Positions 26,320 through 46,000 of a DNA stretch of 64,000 nt are shown here, piece after piece. Source of the DNA: Ylistrum balloti (taxonomy: Eukaryota); NCBI RefSeq assembly GCF_031769215.1, contig NW_026782116.1:310001-374000 (forward strand). Reading direction: 5' to 3'. Numbering within the stretch: the stretch's first letter is position 1; every line of letters begins with the position of its first letter. The notes beneath the pieces are model-generated. The model did not search any database. It was not told where the DNA came from and saw only the letters and a program-made list of their open reading frames with translations. The translations under genes were made by a program, and so were the position numbers.

Positions 26320-27010
26320 TCCTACTCCTCCTTTTGGAATGATTGGATTTTACCCAAATTAAGTCTGAAGCATTGTTTGGTAACGGGTAAAAAATTGTGT
26401 ATAAATGGTAGGTCTTTGCTCCCAAGGGTGGTAGGGACAGGACGTAATAGTTCAAATAGAGCAAATTCTTTAAAATCGTACTCCTGTAGGAATGAATGGA
26501 TTTTTCCCAAATTTAGTCTGAAGTGTACTTGGGTGAAGCAGAATCAGTTGTGTATAAGCAATGAATTCTGGCTCCCTGGGGTTGGAGGAACGAGGCCCAA
26601 TAAGGAAATGAAGCAAATTCTTTAAAATTCCCGCTTCTCCATTAGGAATGGTTAGATCTCACATAAGTTTGGTCAGTATTTTTTGGATGAAGAACAAAGT
26701 TTGTGTAAGGATTGGTTCTCAGTTCCCAGGAGTGTTAGGGGCAGGGCCATAAAGGGGATTTTTTAAATGTTCTTTAAAATCTTACTCCCTATAAGAATAA
26801 ATGGATATTGCCCATGTTTGGTGTGAAGTATTCACGGGTAAAGGGGACTTAGCTCTGTATGAATGGTGCATTCTGGCCCCAAGGGGCTGGAGGAGTGGGC
26901 CTAAATTGGGGAAATGTAAGTTTTTAAAGTCGTCCTTCCATACAAGTCGAAGTTGTCTACGTTTGGTCTGAAACAATTTTTATGAATAGTGAATCTGACC
27001 ACTGTTTGAC
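26320..27010 (+). repeat. Degenerate ~152-bp satellite-like array (~4.5 units), Helentron/HINE central-repeat type
   Basis: The recurring tt(c)tttaaaat anchor ends at 26476, 26628, 26780 and 26930. The shared unit reads ggatt..cccaaatttagtctgaag..ttgggtgaag..tgtataa..ccc..gggg..ggg.ccaataaggaaat. Confidence 0.75.
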
Positions 27011-30000
27011 CATAAGAACGAGACCAAATAGGGAAATCATATCAGAAAAAAATATATTTTAACTTAACTGTATACTTGTTAATTGTAAATAAAGAAGTCA
27101 ATGTTGTTTAAATAGTCGGCTTGATAAAGGGAAGAATTCTAATTTGATTGGTTGGAATTGAAAAGTTTGTATATTGACTTAAAAAAATGAGCAAAACAAT
27201 CAAGCAATCAATTTCATTGGCATCAAATATTTAATGAATTGGTGACTCATTAGACCTGGGACCTTTCGTGACCTATACAATGTATAGCTTTCTCTTGCTG
27301 TATGATCTTCAAATAAAAAATGTTTCATAATGATTGAAATTGAAGACTTGTTAGACATGTGCACTTTGATGGCCTATTTAATGACATATGATGTAACTTT
27401 TCATAAGATATGCAAATGAAAAGTTTACTTAATTTATCAATATTGGAGCCTGCCTTGACCTGTGACCTTTGATGACCTTCATATTAATCTTTGCATATGT
27501 TTGTCATTTTAGGATATGTGCAATTTAAAAAATGAGAAATATTGATGAGATTTGAAGACGTTGATTGATGATTTATTGACGTTTGTCATGGAATTGAAAA
27601 GAAAGCCATAGTAATATGATTGATGATCAATATGCTGGTTACATCTGTTAACCTTCATCTGATTTTAAATCATCATGTGTAAGTTGTCATGTCATTTTCA
27701 TTTTCATCATGACTGTATTCTTCATAACTTTCTCCCATGGATCTCCTATCCTCATTCATATCAGATTGATTTTCTTATTTTGGAATACCTTTTCTGATGG
27801 TAATAACTTGTCATAAAGCTATAAGATGTAGAAATGAAAAAACTGCTTTAAGGTTATAGAAGAATTTATGATCAATTTGATTTGTGACCTTTGGTGACCT
27901 ATCTGTTGACCTATCTGTTGACCTATGACATAGCCCCTGCAGTGTAAACATGAGTGGAAAACTGCCTTCTTCAAGTTGAAATTTGAACAATGGACAGATA
28001 TGCTTTAGTATGTATCTTTACAAATAGTAATATTTCAAAATTGAGAAATCCCATGACAAAAATTTAGAATACATGTTTGTGATTACACTCAATCAAGATG
28101 GAGCGTAGATGACTGGGTCCATACTGCTATTGGCCATTTTGAAAATTCTATGGGTCCTAAAATGGCTATCCTCTCTTTAATTCTTATAAAATAAAAAATT
28201 TTAAAAATCCAGTTAAGATGTATTGCTTGAATAGAACAAAAATACATGTACTTCAAAATATCACCACCTGATGATCTTTAGTAAGAAAACAAACACTCTT
28301 AGGATGAATAAAATGTTTTTGATTTCATTTTATTTAAATTGTGGTTAGTGAAATCATAAAGTTCTTTATAATACATTCCAAGATTCATCAGTATGTCATC
28401 CAAGACAAGTGTCATGCACCACTAATAGCAAAATGTAGCATATAAATGTGTTTAATCATTACAAATTCCATAAATATCTATGGTGACATGTAGTAAAATA
28501 TAACATTGTTTTTAATCAAGACCATTGCAATGCATCTTGTATGAAGACAGATATTAAAAACATTAAATAGGAGGGGAATGACATTTTGGGAAAAGCTTAT
28601 ATTAATCCAAAAAAGACAATTACTTTATAATGTCAATTGGAGTTTATTACATATTGTTTATAATTCATTATATTTTTTCCAGTTTAAACCTTAAGTATGG
28701 AGACTGACTTGACCAGATTTTATAAAGCTTTGATAAGTATCGTCATAGTCGTTGTACTGAACAGATATTCTGTCAAAAAATAAATAAAATCTCCATGTAA
28801 GTTTGATCCTGTGGATTGCATGGAGATTATTTTAAATATATGCAATCTCTGTGCCAATCAGGTGTATTTAAAAAGCTTGATATGTATGAAGCTAAGTCAA
28901 ATTATTGTGACAAACAGGTGAAGAAATTCAGATAGAAGAAATATGATATGAAAACTTGTCAACATGGCAGACATGACATTTCAGACACTTCCAGATTGTC
29001 ACTAGTATAATGGGCAATTATAGTGTATGTAGAATTAGAGATGTTTTGATTATATAAGTATGATAGGTGTTAAACAGTATGTAACAGCTATCAAACACAA
29101 AACAGTGTTTTCAATTTCATATCTACCTGTTTTATATTCTGGCACTAAATGTAAGACTGACTATTCCAAAAGTACCAGATTTTCAGATCTGTTTGATTTG
29201 ACTTGAAAAACCAGACATTGGTCTAGGTATAACTATAAGTCCTTAAGAAAACAAAGTGAGGCAGATTGTAAGTAACATTCAGTTGACTTTAACTGATAAA
29301 AGGAAATGGACAATCATCAAATAAATAAATAAACTTCAATATATATATGTCTGTCATCTACACTGATCATAACACCCATACACAGAAATAGTATACAGTA
29401 TGTACTTAAGCTGAATAATTCAATCTCTAAAACTACCAGTGTCAAATTTCATCATTTTTAAAACTTAATTCACCACACTACTTTTTCTTCAGTGTGAAAA
29501 ATTAAAACAAGTTGAAAAAAATGATGAAATTGAACATTGAATTATTATTTAAGTGACTGAAAATTACAGTACATTGTTGATACACACAGCTGAGCTACAC
29601 AGAGTGAAATGAAAAAATAATACAATTCTCTCACTAGGTACATGCTATTCAGCTTACAAATATAGCTCTTTCAGCATTTGGTAAATGGTTATCTAAAAGG
29701 AAATTCATTCAAGCACTAATTACTACTATATTGCCTAAATACACTGACCATGTCCCTTAACACTTCTCATGCAAAATATTTTATAACTTAGCCACTGCAT
29801 ACCTTGTTGACAAAATCATTCTTAGTTTCTAAAAAGTGTATAAAGGTTATTGAACAATACAAACCCTAAAAATACATTTTTACAACATTATTTGCCTTTA
29901 TTTGCATCTCTGTAAGTAAATATCTGTGCAAATTTGATTTTCTTAGAAGTAAGTTTTATCATGCAATTTTACAGAGTGATCTCATAAACAATCAATTATA

Positions 30001-32183
30001 CATTATTAACAATGTTGAAAATATTCATGTGTTTCTCCCATCACCCTTCTTACGATTTCAAGGAGGTGGAGCATTTTCGATACTACATGTGCTTGTACCT
30101 GAGACTGTCAATGAGAATTTTTTTCCATTTCCTTTATAGTATGTACAATAAAGTGTCAATAAGCTTTCAAGGCCAGTGTATATACAGGAATAGTCTATAT
30201 ATAGAATACTAATATAAAAGTAAAAGTCTATGTATGTATTGTATTTACATTAAACAATGATGACAGTTGTAATCTAAAAGTGACACTAAATTTTCTCTGT
30301 TAATGAGAAACATGACAGGATGAAATTAAAGCTGAATTATGGTAGTCTGACTAAGCAATACATGTATATGTATTAAGTTGGCAGCAATGTTTTACTAGTA
30401 TTACAGTGATCTATTGGAATGCCCTGAATTTATAATCACTTGTAATCAATGGAAAAAAAGTCATGCATTTAATGAATTTTTCAATTTTACTCATGTTTAA
30501 AATGTTATATTCAAAATTTCATCATACAAAGTGAATTCAATTCAAGGTAGTACACTTTTAAATGTATAACAATTACACTTAGTCACCAGTATTTATGTGC
30601 ATTAGTGTAAATTTGTAGAATTGTTAAAAATTGTCACAATATGAATAATGACCTCTGTAAACAAACCATAAATCTCTACTCAGGAGTACAATATCACAGT
30701 TTGCATGTATATATTTTTCTTTTAAAAACTAAAATCTGGTTAATAAAACTTTAATTATCACAACAAACAAAGATCTCTCATACTGGTCTCTATTGTCTGT
30801 TTCTGTTGACCCTTTTCAGTGTTACATTATCAAGTACAAACAGCAATATCATATTTTAATAACAACACATTAACTTTATTTTGTATATACATATAGAACT
30901 TGATATGCTTTAGATAGAAAATAAATATCTGACTAGGTGATCTGATTTAGAAATACACACAATAGATCACCAAACCTGCCACTACTATTGTGTTTTAACA
31001 AGTATAGTGTTTGTGGTATTTGATAACCAACTAATAAGTGATGGTGAGACAATGTCCAGCAATAGGAAGTCATAGATACAGAAAGCCTGGAGCTGCCTAA
31101 CTGACAGGTTTTAGAAAAAAGACCAAACAAAGCAGACATGAAATGGAATGTCAGTGAGCCAAATGTCAATTGATACACAGAGACTCTGAATCTTTTCTTA
31201 ACTCCACAATCGCTACATGAGGCTTTGAAATGTAACAGGCTTATGTTCATACTGAAGTCACAAATAACATGGTAAACACTGTGACCTGACTTAATCAATT
31301 AAATGTTTTCAAATGCAACATGTCGCTTGGCATAATCACCAGGCAATATCAATATCTTAATAAGCCCAGAGGGTCAACATATGCTAATGCAAGGGGTTAA
31401 TCAGGGTGTGCCCTAACAAAATCTAAGGGACGCCTTGTGTTTGTATACTGTGTGCCAGTCTGTACCTGAGACCTGGCTTGACTCTTTACAAAGTTTCAGC
31501 ACTGAATGAGTAAGGGGATGAAGGCTACTATCCTTGTATCTGCTAAACACTGATGAACATTGGTTAAAGTAGACATCAAGCCAGTAACCAAATCTTACGC
31601 ATCCTGGATTTGATCTCTTAAGACAACTTCTGATAACTTGGCACCTTTTTTGAAGTGCCCCTTCAGACACTCTAGTAAATTATATATATCGATGAATGTG
31701 ATTATGATACCTTGCCAAACTTTCTCTAATGTCTAATACCATCAGCTTTGTCATCTTCTTTCAACAATGTATTCAACAACATTGTGTAATCAGCAAAAGA
31801 GTATCAGTGAAACTGATGAATACACCCAAAATTGATTTTACTGGACTCAACAATTCTGTAATTAAGAAGTTGCAGGCTCAGAATTTGATATACTGCACAT
31901 TCTCTTAATATGATTAATGTATACACCAAGTTTCAATAACTTCTAAATTATGCAATATAGAGTTATGGTTCTTGTACACTGCACTTCTCCTTATCGAGAT
32001 CTATCTGCATATGAAATTTCATGTTGATACCGTTTACAGTTCTTGTGACATAATTGTGACGGACCAACAGACAAAGCGGCAACTATATGCTGTCCCTTTG
32101 GGGAACATAATGAAAACGCCATGGATGTGAAATCAGATGGCAAGCGATTGTTGACTAAACCCGGTAAAGTTGATAATCCTAGC

Positions 32184-39723
<7,540 letters not shown>

Positions 39724-40092
39724 TTGAACGTTTGTTTTGTATGCTCAAATACGGTTGTAAACTCATAATTAGATTAAAATCATATATATGTGCTTGAAGA
39801 TATCTCCATTTTTCGGCTCCAAGCAAACATTGCAGGACCGGGCAGAATATTTCGGAAAAAAAATAGATTAAAAATACAAGTTATTGACATATATTTATCA
39901 ACTATGACAATATCGCTATTTGTGTATATATTGAAATAATGTATTCCAACAGTGAAACTATAGCGAAATTAAATTTTCTCTGCGGTCCTTTTCCCCCTTT
40001 ATTTCCTGTTTTAAATTTGACAACTTTAATTGCGCAACGCGGGTAACACGAATTTTTGTCCGACAGGTTTTCCTCTATGACACACTATTTTG
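39724..40092. promoter_or_regulatory. Bidirectional promoter between ATAT1 and GNL1
   Basis: The two divergent start codons are separated by only 369 bp. The region is CpG-enriched and includes TGCGCAACGCG near 40031. Confidence 0.7.
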
Positions 40093-43000
40093 ATGCCTCG
40101 TAAGAAGCCTTTCAGTTCAAAACAAAAGAAGTTTCAACTGCAAGACAAACGGCAAAGAAAGAAGGAATGTATGTCACATCCTGATTAGAGCACCTGTCAG
40201 AAAAAATAACGTTAAACTTTATATGAATTGCCTCCCTTATATTACAAGACCTCAAATTATTACAGTAAAAAATATCTTTTTTACCTTTAATAACATTGCA
40301 AAAGGGAAGACTAAGTGTTAGTATTAGTGATATATCCAGTTATCAAGCTACTCTTTATTTTCATGATTTTATTCAACTTATGGCTGAAAACAACAGGTTC
40401 CACAAGTAATATTTCGGTAGTTTCGAAAATTCGTGTATGCCCGGCCCAGATACCCGTACCAGCGAGTAAGAAATAACTAATATCTCGAAAATAAAAACTC
40501 TACCTAATAAATCTCAAACTTTTCACATAAGCCACTTAAATATTTTTAAAATCTGACACTTTGAATGAAACATGTTAAATATTGAGATTTTTTTAACTGA
40601 CGATAAGTATTTTTCAGGGTGTGAAAACTCAACCATGGAATTTTCACTTTTTTTCAGCTATCATATGGTTTGATTTCAGATTTTTTTTTTTAAATTCCAG
40701 ACAATATTTATACATATCTGATCGTAAATTATTCATTAATATTATAAAGTTTAAGACAAATATCTGATGGTACAGGACAATGCATAAAGAATGTTGTTTT
40801 CTGTGATATTATGATATTCTTACCACACACATGAACATTTATTGGACATAATTTTAGTTTATTTTAGAAACATTATATTTTAGGAATAGTTTAACTTTAT
40901 GTAATAATATTTTATCCAGTGTTGTATTGTAATGCTTTTATGTTAATGGACCACAGTGGAAATAAGTCCACATACTTTACTGTGTTATCCTGGTTAAAAT
41001 ATTAATTGTATAACAATACATGTATGTGTATGTACGTAATGTATGTTTTACCAAATAAGTCTATCTATCTATAAATCTATGGTACAAAATTACTGATTAC
41101 ATGTAAAAATAAGGCAGTTTTTGAAATTCTTCAAAAAATCATTAATGATGAATAAAAGTTGTTCATAATAATATAAAAAGAAATACAAAAATGGAAAAAA
41201 AAATTATTTTAAAGATGTGTGTTTTTCTTTATATTTGGGCACATGTGCACAGGGTTATAAAATAGTTCTAGTCTCACAAAGTGAGGCAATCTTTATCTGA
41301 GCTGCCTAGCTGCAGGCTGTTATTACAGCTTGAGCTCAGACAAAAATACATTTGCTAATATGGAGAAAAGTGTCAGACTCCCAGCAAGTTCAAGAATGGA
41401 TACTGATAAATGGTAGAAATTGAAAATCAAGTAACAAACAGTTGCTGTTATTGAATCTGTCATGTACTGTAAAACACTGACACAAAATTTTCAGACATGT
41501 GCATAGCATCACATCTTACAATATAATTGTGTGGTCTTTACATTCAGATGCATGATATATCATCTTTCATAGTTTTGACATAAATTGTGTCTCTCTGTTC
41601 TGGAAAGGAAAACTATCACAATGAGTATGAAGAAAAAAGTTAAACACCATATTTTGTTACCATATAATACAAGGTCTCATAAATGCTTGATTCTTTACAA
41701 GCATTTACAGAGTCTTACGAAAGCTTTATTTTTGCAAGCATCTAAGCTATAAAAACTAAAACTTGAAGGGCAAGTTCAAGTTAAGCTATAGTTTTTATGT
41801 CACTTGAGACAAAGTCTCATTTTCCACTTCTTCTTCAAACTCCTGAACTGATGTCTGATATTTTACAAACATTTTCCATAGCTCATGGCACACTAGAATT
41901 GTAAATTATATGGTCTATACCCCCAGGGACCTGAGGGTTGGGGCCAAAAATGGTCAAATTTATTGAAACTTCATAAATCTTATACTCAAATCTCAGGTAT
42001 GGTAGAATAAAATACTCTTCATGGATGGAAAGGCCTTCAGAGACTTAATATAAATTGTAAATTTAATGGCCCCAAGGTCTCACATTTCCTGTTGGGGAGG
42101 AGGTAATATAATCTATAAAGGAAAATCAAATTTTTGAGCATAGATTGCTTATTTTCTTTTAGAAATAGTTCAGACTTGATTAGAATTATAAGTATAAGAT
42201 GACAGTTTGATGAGATACACATGTTGACCTTGAATGGCCCCCACAATGTATATCATGATATACAGGTATGTGTCTTTTGTGCCTTGATATGATACATTCT
42301 TTTTGGGTATTGTTGTATACTTGTTTTTGTTACACTCCGAAAAATGTTCTTGTTTGATTTTCTAGCCACTCAAGATGAAGATGATACTGAAGATATTGAG
42401 ACCGCTGGTCAGGATTCATCACAGTCACAGAAAAAATTGAGAAAGGGCAAATCAGGACCTATTCCTGACAGGAGAACTGATCCGAACAGGTATAGACTGC
42501 TGCAGATTTTATCAGGTTGTCACAAAAGGGCCAGTTGAGCTAATGACCTAAGGTGATAGGTCTGACCCCCCTGGGGCAAATGGGCAGGGACTAATATGAG
42601 ATATAGAGCAAATTCTTTAAAATCCTAATTTCTCAGAAGGAGTGCATGAATTCCCTCCCAATGTGGCATGGGGCATCTTTGGTAAAGGGGAATCAATTTT
42701 GTATTAAGCATTGGATCTCTACCTATAAGGGTAGTAGGAGTGGGGTCTAATAAAGGAAATAGGAAAACAAATATTAAAAATCCTTTTTCTTGTGTGGAAA
42801 TATCTGTCCCAATATAGTCTGAGGCATCCTTGGGTGAAAGGAATCATTATTGTATAAACAGTTGGTCTGACCCCAGGGCCAAAAGAAATGGGGGGGGGGT
42901 GTGCAATAGAGGAAATACTGGGATCTACCAGAAAACTGCCCAGTTGATAAGCCACCCATGGGCAATAATTTTTAGGTGGGCAATTATTTGAGGTTATAAA

Positions 43001-46000
43001 AAAACCATTTGTTTCCATAAACATTTTAAGGTATGTCAAATTTCCAGATACTTTTATGAGTTGCCGAGTGCACAAAAGTCAGAGTGATCCGGGATCACTG
43101 AAAATAAACAATCCCAAGTTGTTAACATTGAAAATTTAAATCATGCTATCTATTGTGTTTATCCTTTTGTTTACACTAGCGTCGTAATACATTGCCTACC
43201 TGTCATGATAATTGAGATTTGAAACACTAGATTATTAAATGTTGAATCGTTTGTGTAAAGCTGTAGCAGAAAGTGAGAAATTTGTTCTGTGTTTAAAAGG
43301 CAATTTTGTTTATTTGCACAATCAGTAATGTAAAGGAATTTAAAGAAAATATTGAGTCTGATTTCCCTATGGCGAGCCTCATAACTATAAGCTAATCATG
43401 AAGTGAATCTCAAGCATGACCTAGAATGCATGTCATATTTATCAAGATGTATGACTGCAAATGACTGATAGTGGATGTTAAAACTGTTAAATAAATAAGA
43501 TAGATCAATTGCAATAAAAAACAAATAGGAAATTATTTTTTAATACTTTCATCGAAACGTACAATATATATGCAATAATGAAGTATTCAATCGTAGGTAG
43601 TGGGGGAATCAACTCTGACAACATTCGGGTGGCATAATGTAACTATGTCTGTGGGAATTGTACATTCTGTATGTGGAATATAGCAATCAGGATATATAGC
43701 AAAATTCATATATATGTATAATTCCACCTACTTTACAGTATAATGGCTATATTTCAGATATAGAATGTCTTTTGTTTCACCTTGAACATCCAATCCTGTG
43801 GTGTACTCTGCATGTTGAAACGGCTTGTGATCAGTCTGCAAAATCAAAGAAAACTTAACCATCCATCTGCCCTGGGCTCTTGTTTGGTCCATATTTTTGT
43901 TAAACTTTTCTTCTGGTAGATCCAAATTTAGAGCAAATTCTTCAAAATAATTTTTCTTCAGAAGGAATGGCAGGTAATATAGCACAAATGATATAAAGCA
44001 TGCTTATATTGTATACAATGCATAGGTGTAGACTAGTACACTTAGCACAATGATATAAAGCACTTAGATTGTTACCCAGATATGTGTAGACTAGTACACT
44101 TAGCACAATGATATAAAGCACTTATATTGTTACACAGATAGGTGTAGACTAGTACACTTAGCACAATGATATAAAGCACTGTATTTATATGTTACCCAGA
44201 TATGTGTATACTTGTACACTTAGCACAATATATAGCACTTATATTGTTACCCATGGATAGGTGTAAATATTACTATAGCACAATGATATAAAGCACTTAA
44301 TTGTTACAGAAATGTGTAGTGCAATCATCACAAAGCACAATGTTAAAAAGCATAATATTGATTGAATTGAGGTGTAGACTAATACACTGAGCACAATGAT
44401 ATAAAGCACTTATATTGTTACACAGATATGTGTAGACTAGTACACTTAGCACAATGTTAAAAAGCACTAATATTGTTACCCAGATAGGTGTAGACTAGTA
44501 CACTTAGCACAATGATATAAAGCACTAATATTGTTACCCAGATAGGTGTAGACTAGTACACTTAGCACAATGATATAAAGCACTAATATTGTTACCCAGA
44601 TATGTGTAGACTAGTACACTTAGCACAATGTTAAAAAGCACTAATATTGTTACACAGATAGGTGTAGACTAGTACACTTAGCACAATGATATAAAGCACT
44701 AATATCTTTACACAGAGAGGTGTAGACTAATACACTTAGCACAATGTTAAAAAGCACTTATATTGTTACACAGAGAGGTGTAGACTAATACACTTAGCAC
44801 AATGTTATGAAGCACTAATATTGTTACCCAGAGAGGTGTAGACTAGTACACTTAGCACAATGATATAAAGCACTAATATTGTTACACAGAGAGGTGTAGA
44901 CTAATACACTTAGCACAATGTTAAAAAGCACTTATATTGTTACACAGATATGTGTAGACTAGTACACTTAGCACAATGTTATGAAGCACTAATATTGTTA
45001 CACAGAGAGGTGTGGACTAGTACACTTAGCACAATGATATACAGGTATGTGTATAATAGTAAACATATCTTGGTAGCAATCTCTTTATGTCAAAATCAAG
45101 GCATCCAGAAACTACAATATTAAAGTCTGGTGTCAGTGACTAAACTCAAGTTTCAAACCTAAATACTTAAAATTAAAATTCTGAAATGTTGATTATCGAA
45201 AGGAAAACAATTGTTGACTATCAGCATTTAAGAAGCTTGACTGTAAGGATTTGTTTTTGATTTCCAGGATTTCTGGAACAAGAATCTTTGACTCATAACT
45301 TCTGTGTTTCATCTTCTGGATGCCTTTCGGTCTTCTGAAATACAACTAGAACTCAAAACAATATACTTTCATCCTATTGTAATTAACAGATACCGTCTGC
45401 AGTTCTTTAAAGAGAGTAATGAAGAGATTGATCGTCGAAAGAAACTGGCTAGAAGACCTCTACGTCACTTACCAGAGGTAAAAATGTGAATGATTTAGAA
45501 CTAATGTGAAAAAAATTACTCTAAAATTTATGGAAGCTTTTAAACATATTTAACTAAGCAACAGGTTTTAATGCCAAGAATGCTTTAAAGGGTGACACTC
45601 AGAATATTTTAATCCGTTGAGCCTTTTATGACTTCTCATCTTTGCTGGCAATACTGTATGGTTATTTAATTTGTTGGGACCAGTATTTGCTGGATGTCCC
45701 AGATTTGGCAAATTCATAGGTACATGTATTACATTTCATACACATCCATGTATTGTTTCCATCACACAGATGATAACATTTTTCATCAAATTTTCATTCG
45801 ACGTAAAATTATTTGCTATGTATTTAATTTTATGCTATCTTTAATGACCACAAACATCAGAAAATTATAACACCTGTGAAAATTGCTAGGTATATAGTAG
45901 TGGAAATAATCAAGAAATATAAACTATTTATTTGTTACTGGAGCATTTAAGTGCAAATATGGTGATCAATGGATTTATTCACGATGATAAATTTGTGGTA

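Noticed and set aside
28690-29000. Short protein-like frames in the intergenic region
   Set aside because: Multiple stops in all frames and no recognisable homology or splice pattern.
42719-43075. 118-aa and 63-aa minus-strand ORFs
   Set aside because: They lie over the GC-richer satellite-like repeat and are artefacts of repeat composition.
43981-45040. CRISPR-like appearance of the palindromic 58-bp array
   Set aside because: There are no unique spacers and no cas genes, and the context is a eukaryotic intron. It is a minisatellite.
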